Positions 24,681 to 38,064 of a DNA stretch of 64,000 nucleotides are shown piece after piece (the stretch's first letter is position 1; the number at the start of each line of letters is the position of its first letter). The position numbers and the translations under genes were made by a program. This DNA comes from Eukaryota sp. TZLM1-RC. Its lineage: Eukaryota; Protista; Metamonada: BaSk clade. The stretch is from assembly GCA_040285825.1 (NCBI GenBank), contig JAUPSS010000001.1, forward strand, positions 1,612,001 to 1,676,000, written 5' to 3'. The notes beneath the pieces were generated by a model that made no database searches, had not been told where the DNA came from, and worked only from the letters and a program-made list of their open reading frames with translations.

Positions 24681-27600
24681 GATCAACAGACATTAAATAA
24701 GCCAAAAATTGGGTACGTATTTTGTTAAATTGTCTACAAAAATTGTAAGTTAGGGATGGAGGTAATGATCGCAGTAAATGAGTAGTTTTTCCAGCATAAC
24801 AAATTTTCAAAAGAAAAAACTTAAGATGTTTTTCCAATTCAAGAGTTTTTATGACTTCTAGCTCTTTTTTAATTGAATTTTAAATAATTTTCAAGGCTGT
24901 CAAGTGTCTTTTCGGCGGAACCTAAATAGCAACCCAGAAAGCAGAAACTAGTTGAAGTATAATCAATATATGGAACTTCGAGGGAATTAATTATTAACTT
25001 AACATTTTTCCTAGAAATACAAAAACATTTTTGAACATTCAAATCAAGACCTATGGATTGGTATAATGTTTTTTTTAGGATAAATTTATTTTCAACGCTA
25101 ACAAAACATTAAACAGAAAACTAGAACTCAATATCCTCAATACACGCATCAACATCATCAAATCTTTTAAGCGCGCGATTTTCATACTGTATTCCTAATT
25201 GTAACAGTGCTTTGGTCAACATTTCTGGAATTGCTTTAAGAATACTGAAAACAATTCTATTGTGCCAGAAATTGAAGTTCAATTCTTTTCCTGCTCTTTC
25301 TTTTATTAAACTTCTGAAACCTTCAAGAAATTTAATGCCAGATATTTTTTTTAAAAAAATTTTAATTTATTTTCAAAACCACAGTCTAAAAGTCAATATC
25401 TTCAAAACAAGCTTCCACACCATCAAACCTTACAGCAGCAATGTTTTCATAATGTGCACTGACAGACATTAAAGCTTTCGAAATCATTTTAGGAATTGAT
25501 TTGAAAATAGTAAAAACAATACGATTTAGCCACAAGCGACGATCAAAACGCTTATTCATTCTTTTTTTCACAAGATTTTCAAAATCATCAATAAAATTCA
25601 AAGCAGTTTTTCCAAGACGACCATACAACGATATAGCAAATGGGCAAATTTGGTAATCTACATGGCGAACATGTTTCAATTCTTTAAAGGATTTGCATAC
25701 TTTTTCCGTTTGTACAATTCGGAGTCATCAAGGGGGGATACTTCGGATTGAGCATTTTTCAAGGCATTTTTCTTGCAAACATCCACTGTTACGACATCAA
25801 CAACATTCATGACATCATCAAACGAGGGCACAACAACATCAGCACGTCGTTTTCCATATTCTGAATCTCTTACGCTTTCATTTATATCAAGAGACCTCAA
25901 CAAAGGTTCTACAAAGGATTCAATATGATAGGAATTACACATTGCATGGATTTGATCTCTAACTGCATCATGCAACGTAGAACGATAGGAAATATATCTA
26001 TTACAATTAAATAAATGTGATAATGTCAAACCAGCTCCACATTTACAAAACAAATCATTGGGCAAATTACAAGGCCATAAATAACAACGCATTCTCATAG
26101 CAGTGGTCCATTGGTCGTCATTCAAAAATAGACCATAAACCTGGGGAATTTGATTTATCAAAACTGCAGATGAACTGTCCTTCAAATCAATCAAAAAATT
26201 GGCAAAAACAGGATTATCTTTCTTAGCCGTGCTAAGTCGAACAATAAAATCCTTGTTTTCAAAATTTTTCAAAAGATGTCGTTGGAGCTTTTTCAACGCA
26301 AATTTTAATGAATATAAACTTCTGTCTGGAATTTCTTGAATGGATATGGGGAAACATGATTGCCATAAGTCGGGAGATAAACTGGATATTTCTTCTCTTA
26401 AGTTATCCAGGAATAGGCTATTTGTATTTTCAAGAAGATTTTCGGCAAAGGATATCTTCTAGAGAATTCAAATACAAAATTTTTCCACCACCAATAAATG
26501 CAGCTTTGGTCAAATATTTTGATGAATTGAATCCAACACCACCAAGTTGAACATCAGAAAAAATATGATTTTTCAAAATTGATGGATCAACAGACATTAA
26601 ATAAGCCAAAAATTGGGTACGTATTTTGTTAAATTGTCTACAAAAATTGTAAGTTAGGGATGGAGGTAATGATCGCAGTAAATGAGTAATTTTTCCAGCA
26701 TAACAAATTTTCAAAAGAAAAAACTTAAGATGTTTTTCCAATTCAAGAGTTTTTATGACTTCTAGCTCTTTTTTAATTGAATTTAAATAATTTTCAAGGC
26801 TGTCAAGTGTCTTTTCGGCGGAACCTAAATAGCAAACCAGAAAGCAGAAACTAGTTGAAGTATAATCAATATATGGAACTTCGAGGGAATTAATTATTAA
26901 CTTAACATTTTTTCTAGAAATAAAAAAACATTTTTGAACATTCAAGTCAAGACCTATGGATTGGTATAATGTAGCAGCTTCATTAGCAACCCTATTAATT
27001 GTACTTTCTGGACCAATGCAAGAAATGTCATCCATGTAAGCTACCACTTGAAGGTCAGAATTTTTCTTCTTTTAATTTTTTTCAAAATTGGGTGAATTGC
27101 AAGACAAAAAAAGAAAGGACCTAAAGGGTCTCCTTGTTTAACTCCTGATAAAGAATCCAGATTAAAAGAATTAAAAATTAAATCAGATGAATTACCATAA
27201 AACCTATAAAAAAAGGTTTCAAGTTCAGGAAAATTTGATTTGATTTCTTTCCAAATTGAATCTCTTTTCACTGAATTGAAAGCATTTTTGAAATCAAGAT
27301 TAAAAATGCAACTATTTTCGTGACAATTGAAAAACAGATCAGATGTCAAAGCTGCAACTGAAGCTCCATCTATGGTTTTGATTCCATATTGGAATGGAGA
27401 AAAGTATTCTTTAGCTTTTGTTGAAACTCGATTAAAAATTACTGAAGACATCAGGCGATAAATGGCTTCACCAATGGCAATTGGGCGAACTTTTCCATTA
27501 GGTTTAGTTAAAGCCACTAACCGTGATGCACTTAATTCTTTTGGTGGAACAATTTTCATTGTCAAAACATCTTGAAAAAAGGAACATAAATCTTTAATAA

Positions 27601-27978
27601 TAAAGGAATTTTGGCGGCACACAGATTTCAGCATATCAAAAGTAATTCCAGATGGACCTGGAGCTTCTCCAGATGGAAGACGGAAAATGGCAGTTTCAAC
27701 TTCTTCTTCAGAAAGTGGATTTTGTTTCCAAAATTGTGAAGCAGATGGTTTATCCAAATTAAGAAATTCAGCTGGATGCAGATCCACTAATTGATTTACA
27801 GTTTCATCAGTCACAGGAGCAAGATCAGATGAGAAGAGAGCGTTTTTCCCTGAACCATATCTCCCACGTAGCAAAAGTTTTCGTACAGTCTTATTCTTGG
27901 GTTGTTTCTTTGGAGTGAAAACCTTTTGGGGACGAGAACCTGATTTTTGTTCAAGGAAGAATTTCCAAATAGAAAATA
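24681..27978 (-). mobile_element. Composite: B middle (24681-25068), D 3' end (25069-25345), long B copy (25345-27978, resuming at 29510-29586)
   Basis: Inverted copy of the 17-19 kb composite with the same junctions; ORFs 27041-27874, 26430-27047, 25676-26296, 25386-25679. Confidence 0.88.
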
Positions 27979-29512
27979 AACGATTCTATTGTCCCTTTTA
28001 CTAATTATAGTAGTGATGCTTTTAAGTTCCTTGGTTGTTGGTTAGGAAATGTGCCTCAAATTCAGAATGAATTGCAAGTTATTTTGGAAAAAATGAAAAT
28101 TGAACTTGATTCAATTTCTTCTTTAGATATAGAAAAGCATATTAAATTTTTTATGCTTAAAATTTGCTACACTGGGAGAATAACCCACATTTTGAGATCT
28201 TGTGCTCCTTCCATAGCATTAGATTTCTGTCGTTCTTTTAATTCATTGAGAACAGAATTTTTTGCTGATTTATTGGATGTAGAACCAGGAATGTTGAAAA
28301 GCCATTTATTTTCTTCAGCAAATTTGGGGGGTATTGGATTTACTAAATCTTCAATTTTGTGTCAATCAGCATTCTTGGGTGGTGGCAAAAATTTTATTTA
28401 TGAATTTTCTCGTAGATTTCCTGATGATTCTCATCTGTTAGTCCCCAATTGTAGTCCCTATTTGTATGAGTTATCTTGTGAACTTGAAAAATTACCGCCA
28501 CAAATTTGGACCAAATGTTTTCCTCAATCAATTCAAGAAATTCCAAACCGATCTCTATTTAATTTACAGTTTTGCTGTAAAAAGCTTCAACAAAAATTGT
28601 CAAAGATTTTTGAAAGCTTGGATTTTGATGTTAGACTTGGCTTGGCCAAGAAAAAGAATCCCGCTTTTGCAAATCTTTTTACAAGATATGTGTGACAGTA
28701 CTTCTTCTGCCTTAGTAACAACAATTCCACAAGTTTATGGTACTCTCTTATCCGATTCTGCTTGGACTCTGAATATGAGATTTCGTTCCTTTATCTGGCC
28801 TGATAATTTACCTCATAATTTAATTTGTAAATGTTCTCGAGAAATTACAACTACTCATTTGTTAAATTGTAAACATTTTATTACTTTTAGAAGCAAGGTT
28901 CATGATGCTGTAAGAGACCAGTTATATTGTATGTGTAAATCTCATAGAATTGAATCCTTCTTGGAACCTTTGTTGTCAAATCTGTTTGATGCTGAAAATG
29001 ATTTTCATAAGAATAATAGAGGTGATGTCATATTACCTGGATTAGATGGAAGCTTTATTTTATTGGATGTAATGTCTGTTGATCCTTGTAATGCCTCAAA
29101 TGAAAGGCTTGTTAATTCTGAAATTCATAATCCCCTTTCAAATGCTGAAAATTTTAAATTCAAAAAATACAATGAACCTTTGTCCAAATTGGCCAGTCTA
29201 CAGCATGCAAAAATACAATTTGTATCCATTTGTATTTTCCCTTTTTGGTTCACTTGCACCAACTGCTTTTACGTTTTTTGGATGATTTTGAAATGATTGT
29301 AAAGAGAAGAACTGGCAGAAATTTCAACAGATTGTTTTGGCAAAATAGAATTGTGTTTTCTATTTTTAAGGGGATGTTGAAGATGGTTTCTGATGCTTTG
29401 CTTTCTCTTGGATCTCACTATGAGAGAGTTGCATCTAGTGTTTTTGTTTTGGGAGAGATGGATTTTTTAGATGTTGATTTATAGGTTTAGAATAAAATTA
29501 AATTTTAAAAAA
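27975..29512 (+). mobile_element. Family A 5'-truncated copy inserted in B, ~12-bp TSD
   Basis: aaatagaaaata flanks both sides; ORFs 28051-29484. Confidence 0.9.
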
Positions 29513-29582
29513 AAATAGAAAATATATCACATTCTCCTTTTTTCAAAGCAAGACTGAATGTTCTAAACGCAACAGAAAAGGG

Positions 29583-31260
29583 AATGCCAGATATTCCAAT
29601 GTTACCAAAAAGAGAAACAGCAAATGGAACCAACTGATACTTAACATGCTCAACACGTCCTAGCTGAGATAAGGGTTCATTGTACTTTTTGATTTTGCTC
29701 TTTTCAGCAAAGCAAAGTGGAGTTTCATCTCTTTTAGCAAAGTCAATTGCTGAGTCTTTACAAACATCAACAGTGACAACATCAACAACTTTAATAACAC
29801 CATCAGACGCAGGGGTAATTAAATCAGCACGGCGTTTCCCAAAAGTACTTTCATTTTCATTTTCAGATGACAACCTTCGCACAAGTGGTTCAACAAAAGC
29901 TTCAATGTGATGGCTTTAGCACATTGCGTATAGTTGGTCTCTAACAGCATCGTGAACAACTGAGCGATATGTAGTATTAAATTTGCAATTAAATAAATGA
30001 TTCAGATTAATGAGCTGACCACAACGACAAATCAAATCATTTGGCACACTACATGGCCACAGGAAACACCTCATCCTGAAGGCAGTAAATCCTGTAGCAG
30101 CTTCATTAGCAACCCTATTAATTGTACTTTCTGGACCAATACAAGAAATGTCATCCATGTAAGCTACCACTTGAAGGTCAGAATTTTCTTCTTTTAATTT
30201 TTTCAAAATTGGGTGAATTGCAAGACAAAAAAAGAAAGGACCTAAAGGGTCTCCTTGTTTAACTCCTGATAAAGAATCCAGATTAAAAGTATTAAAAATT
30301 AAATCAGATGAATTACCATAAAACCTATGAAAAAAGGTTTCCAAATTGAATCTCTTTTCACTGAATTGAAAGCATTTTTGAAATCAAGATTAAAAATGCA
30401 ACTATTTTCGTGACAATTGAAAAACAGATCAGATGTCAAAGCTGCAACTGAAGCTCCATCTATGGTTTTGATTCCATATTGGAATGGAGAAAAGTATTCT
30501 TTAGCTTTTGTTGAAACTCGATTAAAAATTATTGAAGACATCAGGCGATAAATGGCTTCACCTATGGCAATTGGGCGAACTTTTCCATTAGGTTTAGTTA
30601 AAGCCACTAACCGTGATGCACTTAATTCTTTGGGTGGAACAATTTTCATTGTCAAAACATCTTGAAAAAAAGAACAAAAATCTTTAATAATAAAGGAATT
30701 TTGGCGGCACACAGATTTCAGCATAGCAAAAGTAATTCCAGATGGACCTGGAGCTTTTCCAGAAGGAAGACGGAAAATGGCAGTTTCAACTTCTTTTTCA
30801 GAAAGTGGATTTTGTTTCCAAAATTGTGAAGCAGATGGTTTATCCAAATTAAGAAATTCAGCTGGATGCAGATCCACTAATTGATTTACAGTTTCATCAG
30901 TCACAGGAGCAAGATCAGATGAGAAAAGAGCGTTTTTCCCTGAACCATATCTCCCACGTAGCAAAAGTTTTCGTACAGTCTTATTCTTGGGTTGTTTCTT
31001 TGGAGTGAAAACCTTTTGGGGACGACAACCTGATTTTTGTTCAAGGAAGAACTTCCAAATAGAAAATATATCCCATTCTCCTTTTTTCAAAGCAAGACTG
31101 AATGTTCTAAACGCAACAGAAAAGGGAACGGAAGCCTTGGGACTGAGAACATTCGGAATCTTACATGGAGGCCGTAATGTATCAAGCGAGGAGCAAACAT
31201 GGCATACATATAAATTATTTTTTAAAATATATCTTTCAGCTTTTTCATTACAAATAGCAC
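29583..31260 (-). mobile_element. D endonuclease fragment (29583-30086) joined to B RT fragment (30093-31260)
   Basis: ORFs 29505-29882, 29916-30344 (chimeric) and 30299-31090. Confidence 0.85.
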
Positions 31261-32190
31261 AAAAAAATAAAAATAAATAAAATAAATAATAAATTAAAAT
31301 TAAATTTGATGCTGAAAATGATTTTCATAAGAATAATAGAGGTGATGTCATATTACCTGGATTATTTTTTTTATAGGATAAATTTATTTTCAACGCTAAC
31401 AAAACATTAAACAAAAAACTAGAACTCAATATCCTCAATACACGCATCAACATCATCAAATCTTTTAAGCGCGCGATTTTCATACTCTATTCCTAATTGT
31501 AACAGTGCTTTGGTCAACATTTCTGGAATTGCTTTAAGAATACTGAAAATAATTCTATTGTGCCAGAAATTGAAGTTCAATTCTTTTCCTGCTCTTTATT
31601 TTATTAAACTTCTGAAACCTTCAAGAAATTTAATGCCAGATATTCCAATGTTACCAAAAAGAGAAACAGCAAATGGAACCAACTGATACTTAACATGCTC
31701 AACACGTCCTAGCTGAGATAAGGGTTCATTGTACTTTTTGATTTTGCTCTTTTCAGCAAAGCAAAGTGGAGTTTCATCTCTTTTAGCAAAGTCGATTGCT
31801 GAGTCTTTACAAACATCAACAGTGACAACATCAACAACTCTAATAACACCATCAGACGCAGGGGTAATTAAATCAGCACGGCGTTTCCCAAAAGTATTTT
31901 CATTTTCATTTTCAGATGACAACCTTCGCACAAGTGGTTCAACAAAAGCTTCAATGTGATGGCTTTTGCACATAGCGTATAGTTGGTCTCTAACAGCATC
32001 GTGAACAACTGAGCGATATGTAATATTAAATTTGCAATTAAATAAATGATTCAGATTAATGAGCTGACCACAACGACAAATCAAATCATTTGGCACACTA
32101 CATGGCCACAGGAAACACCTCATCCTGAAGGCAGTTGTCCATTGATGATCATTTAATAATAGACCATATACATTTGGAATCTGGGAAATA

Positions 32191-35100
32191 TTTTTTTTAA
32201 AACATTCTTTTAATTTATTTTCAAAACCACAGTCTAAAAGTCAATATCTTCAAAACAAGCTTCCACACCATCAAACCTTACAGCAGCAATGTTTTCATAA
32301 TGTGCACTGACAGACATTAAAGCTTTCGAAATCATTTTAGGAATTGATTTGAAAATAGTAAAAACAATACGATTTAGCCACAAGCGACGATCAAAACGCT
32401 TATTCATTCTTTTTTTCACAAGATTTTCAAAATCATCAATAAAATTCAAAGCAGTTTTTCCAAGACGACCATACAACGATATAGCAAATGGGCAAATTTG
32501 GTAATCTACATGGCGAACATGTTTCAATTCTTTTAAAGGATTTGCATACTTTTTCCGTTTGTACAATTCGGAGTCATCAAGGGGGGATACTTCGGATTGA
32601 GCATTTTTCAAGGCATTTTTCTTGCAAACATCCACTGTTACGACATCAACAACATTCATGACATCATCAAACGAGGGCACAACAACATCAGCACGTCGTT
32701 TTCCATATTCTGAATCTCTTACGCTTTCATTTATATCAAGAGACCTCAACAAAGGTTCTACAAAGGATTCAATATGATAGGAATTACACATTGCATGGAT
32801 TTGATCTCTAACTGCATCATGCAACGTAGAACGATAGGAAATATATCTATTACAATTAAATAAATGTGATAATGTCAAACCAGCTCCACATTTACAAAAC
32901 AAATCATTGGGCAAATTACAAGGCCATAAATAACAACGCATTCTCATAGCAGTGGTCCATTGGTCGTCATTCAAAAATAGACCATAAACCTGGGGAATTT
33001 GATTTATCAAAACTGCAGATGAACTGTCCTTCAAATCAATCAAAAAATTGGCAAAAACAGGATTATCTTTCTTAGCCGTGCTAAGTCGAACAATAAAATC
33101 CTTGTTTTCAAAATTTTTCAAATGATGTCGTTGGAGCTTTTTCAACGCAAATTTTAATGAATATAAACTTCTGTCTGGAATTTCTTGAATGGATATGGGG
33201 AAACATAATTGCCATAAGTCGGGAGATAAACTGGATATTTCTTCTCTTAAGTTATCCAGGAATAGGCTATTTGTATTTTCAAGAAGATTTTCGGCAAAAG
33301 GATATCTTCTAGAGAATTCAAATACAAAATTTTTTCCACCACCAATAAATGCAGCTTTGGTCAAATATTTTGATGAATTGAATCCAACACCACCAAGTTG
33401 AACATCAGAAAAAATATGATTTTTCAAAATTGATGGATCAACAGACATTAAATAAGCCAAAAATTGGGTACGTATTTTGTTAAATTGTCTACAAAAATTG
33501 TAAGTTAGGGATGGAGGTAATGATCGCAGTAAATGAGTAATTTTTCCAGCATAACAAATTTTCAAAAGAAAAAACTTAAGATGTTTTTCCAATTCAAGAG
33601 TTTTTATGACTTCTAGCTCTTTTTTTAATTGAATTTAAATAATTTTCAAGGCTGTCAAGTGTCTTTTCGGCGGAACCTAAATAGCAAACCAGAAAGCAGA
33701 AACTAGTTGAAGTATAATCAATATATGGAACTTCGAGGGAATTAATTATTAACTTAACATTTTTTCTAGAAATAAAAAAACATTTTTGAACATTCAAGTC
33801 AAGACCTATGGATTGGTATAATGTAGCAGCTTCATTAGCAACCCTATTAATTGTACTTTCTGGACCAATGCAAGAAATGTCATCCATGTAAGCTACCACT
33901 TGAAGGTCAGAATTTTCTTCTTTTAATTTTTTCAAAATTGGGTGAATTGCAAGACAAAAAAAGAAAGGACCTAAAGGGTCTCCTTGTTTAACTCCTGATA
34001 AAGAATCCAGATTAAAAGAATTAAAAATTAAATCAGATGAATTACCATAAAACCTATAAAAAAGGTTTCAAGTTCAGGAAAATTTGATTTGATTTCTTTC
34101 CAAATTGAATCTCTTTTCACTGAATTGAAAGCATTTTTGAAATCAAGATTAATAATGCAACTATTTTCGTGACAATTGAAAAACAGATCAGATGTCAAAG
34201 CTGCAACTGAAGCTCCATCTATGGTTTTGATTCCATATTGGAATGGAGAAAAGTATTCTTTAGCTTTTGTTGAAACTCGATTAAAAATTACTGAAGACAT
34301 CAGGCGATAAATGGCTTCACCAATGGCAATTGGGCGAACTTTTCCATTAGGTTTAGTTAAAGCCACTAACCGTGATGCACTTAATTCTTTTGGTGGAACA
34401 ATTTTCATTGTCAAAACATCTTGAAAAAAGGAACATAAATCTTTAATAATAAAGGAATTTTGGCGGCACACAGATTTCAGCATATCAAAAGTAATTCCAG
34501 ATGGACCTGGAGCTTTTCCAGATGGAAGACGGAAAATGGCAGTTTCAACTTCTTTTTCAGAAAGTGGATTTTGTTTCCAAAATTGTGAAGCAGATGGTTT
34601 ATCCAAATTAAGAAATTCAGCTGGATGCAGATCCACTAATTGATTTACAGTTTCATCAGTCACAGGAGCAAGATCAGATGAGAAAAGAGCGTTTTTCCCT
34701 GAACCATATCTCCCACGTAGCAAAAGTTTTCGTACAGTCTTATTCTTGGGTTGTTTCTTTGGAGTGAAAACCTTTTGGGGACGAGAACCTGATTTTTGTT
34801 CAAGGAAGAATTTCCAAATAGAAAATATATCCCATTCTCCTTTTTTCAAAGCAAGACTGAATGTTCTAAACGCAACAGAAAAGGGAATGGAAGCCTTGGG
34901 ACTGAGAACATTTGGAATCTTACATGGAGGCCGTAATGTATCAAGCGAGGAGCAAACATAGCATACATATAAATTATTTTTTAAAATATATCTTTCAGCT
35001 TTTTCATTACAAATAGCATAATTATCAATTTGACTTGCTTCAAGGGGAATATCTAACATCACTGCATCATTGTCTTCTGCAGTGCACTCATCTTTGGGAG

Positions 35101-35513
35101 GTAAATTAAATTCTAAATTATTTAATTCAGCGGCAGCGGCGGTTACAGAATAAGAAATAGATGGATTTTGATAATTTTCACATTTTTTAGAATTCTTTTT
35201 ATGACCAACTTTATGACAGGATGAGCAACGGGGAACATTTTTTGAGAGTTTAGTGTTTTTTGTGGCACGCTGATCATTTTTTGAATTTGAAATTTTTTGA
35301 AAAGAATTTCGAGCATAGCTTGGAGGGTGGGGAGAGTGGAGGAGTGAAGGGGATGAGCTTGATCTGACGGGTAGAACCTTCACTTGGGCATTCCAATCAG
35401 TATCGGAGTCACTATCAGTCTCTGGCATCGTTTAGGGAGAGACACAGTACAACTTTGACGCCAACACAGAAAGTGAAAAATGAGAGGCTTGACCAAGGGA
35501 GGGAGAAAAAAAA
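32191..35513 (-). mobile_element. Family B full-length element (~3.3 kb; ORF 35428 to 32234, ~1060 aa, two homopolymer frameshifts)
   Basis: 5' UTR, MPETDSDSDTDW, CSSCHKVGHKKNSKKC, RT, RLE, ends ACFEDIDF*, A tail; short aaata duplication. Confidence 0.93.
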
Positions 35514-35647
35514 ATAAGACAACTTGAGCTACTATCCTTGAGGTCAATTAAAAAGTTTGCAAAAACGGGATTCTTTTCTTTAGCCAAGCTAAGACGAACA
35601 GTGAAATCCAAGTTTTCAAAAACTTTTAATATCTTTTTCTGCAATTT

Positions 35648-38064
35648 TTTTTTGATAATTGTTTATTTTTATTCAACAACAAATATGAAATACACAATTA
35701 AAACTACACATCCTCAAAACCTGCCTCCCCTACATCAAAACAATTAATCGCTAAAGATTCAGAAAATTTCCCAAAAGAAGATAGTGAATCAGAAATTAGT
35801 GTTACCATTCCCTTAAAAATAGAAAATACAATCCTGTTTTGCCAGTAAACACGATCGAAAATTCTTCCAGTTCTTTCCTTTACAACTACAACAAAATCCT
35901 CAAGGAAAGCCATAGCAGCCTTACCTAGAAATCCAAGCAAAGAAAAAACAAATGGACATAAATTATATTGGGCATGAGAATTTTCATTAACCGAGGAAAT
36001 GGGTTTCGCATATTTAGCAATTTTATATTTTTCGCCTGCAAGAAGAGGATTATTTACATCCGAGTTAATGAAATGTTCGTTAGAGGAATTACAAGGGTCA
36101 ATAGACATGGCGTCCAAAATAGTAAAACTACCATTTAAACCAGGAACAACTAGATCACCTCTAGTCAGACCCATAGAAGCTCTGTTGTAACGCGTACTAT
36201 CAATATTGGGATCATCAAGAATTAATTTTGATAACAGCGGTTCTAAAAAGGAATCTACACGATATGATTTGCACATTACATAAATTTGGTCCCTGACGTT
36301 ATTATGCACTTTGCTTCTAAACGTAATGAAATGTTTACAGTTCAAAAGATGAGTAAACAAAAGAGGTTTACCACATTTACAAGTTAAATGATTGGGCAAA
36401 TTGTTTGGCCACAGAAAACAACGAAAACGCATGTTTAGAAGCCATTCATTGTCTTCTAACAAAAGTCCATAAATAGAGGGAACTTAAGTTACTAAAGCAG
36501 CAGCTGAACTATCACGAATATCCTTTAAAAAATTACCGAAAGCGGGATTTTTAGTTTTGGCCAAGCCAAGTCTTACTTCATAATCCAAGCCTTCATATAA
36601 TTTAACCAGATGGTGCTGAAGCTTTTTCAAGCAAAAACGTAAATTTGGAAGTGATCGAGTGGGAATTTCTTGAACATTTTGAGGAAAACACTGAATCCAG
36701 ATATCACTAGGCAAATTTTCTAATTCAAATTGCAGTTGATTCAAGTAAAAATTTGATTCACCATTGATCAGATGAACATCAAAAGGGAACCTTTGGAAAA
36801 ATTCAAAAACAAAATTGTTACCACCTCCCAAAAATGCTGGTTTACACAGAATCGAAGATTTGGTGAATCCAATTCCACCCAAATCTGCTGAACAAAATAC
36901 ATGACTTCGAATTAAAGATTCATTTACTTCTAATAAAGAAGAAAAAAATTTGACTCGAAGTTTGTTAAAAGATCTGCAAAAATTGAGAGATACCGAAGGG
37001 GGAGTTGACCTTAAAATATGAGTGAATTTTCCAGAATAACAAATTTTTGAAATAAAAAATTTGATGTGTTTCTCAATGTCCCATTCAGCAATAAAACTAA
37101 GATCCTTGTCAAACTTCTCCAATAAATTGTTTAACTGGGAATAAATTTCATCCAAATTGCCAAGCCAACATCCAAGAAACTTAAAAGCTTGTTGGTCATA
37201 ATTGATAAAAGGAATCTGAGCTCCACCAATCATCAAATATTGTTTTTCTCTACCAATCAAGAGACATTTAGATGGGTTCAAAGCTAAACCAATTTCTTTG
37301 TATTTCGCCGCAATGTCTTCAGAAACCCTAGAAATGCTTTCAAAAGAACCAATAATAGAAATGTCATCCATATAGGCAACAATACGCAAATCAGGGAAAT
37401 CTTGTTGTGTCATTTTAATAATATTATGAATAGCCAAACAAAACAGCAAAGGGCCAAGAGGATCACCTTGTTTCACACCAGAAGAAGATTCAAGGGTAAA
37501 GGAGTCAAAAATTAAGTCTGATTTTTTTCCATAAAATAAATAAAAATATGCAGAAAGTTCAGGAAAATCATGAAGAAGCACATCAAAAATACAATTACGT
37601 TTCACAGAATTGAAAGCATTTTTGAAATCCAAATTGAAAATATATTGATGTTGTTGACTATTGAAAAAAACATCTGAAGTCATTGAAGCAACAGAAGCAC
37701 CTTCAACAGTTTTTATACCAAATTGGAAAGGCTTCAAATAGTCCCTTGCTTTAGTAGAAATTCTGTTAAAAATAAGCGAAGAAAGCAATCTGGTTAATGA
37801 CTCTCCAATGGCAATTGGTCTAACTCCATCAGGTTTGTCACCTTTACCAGGTTTAACTAAAGCAACTGAACGGGCAGCAGTCAATTCAGGCGGAGGAACA
37901 TAATTTAAACACATTAAATTTTGATAATAGGAAGCAAGATCCTCAACAATTTCAGGAGCATTTTTACAGGCAGTTTTTAACAAATCAAAGGAAATGCCTG
38001 AAGGACCAGCAGCTTTTCCTTTTGGTAATTTAGCAACGGCATTCAATACTTCTTGAGCCTGAAA
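35648..38064 (-). mobile_element. Family C 5'-truncated copy inserted in D, 13-bp TSD
   Basis: ttttctgcaattt at 35635-35647 and 38065-38077; ORFs 36484-38088 and 35704-36462. Confidence 0.92.

Noticed and set aside
15491-34060. Programmed frameshifting or a two-ORF structure in the retroelements
   Set aside because: Frameshift positions differ between copies and sit in homopolymers, which fits decay or sequencing error in a single ORF.
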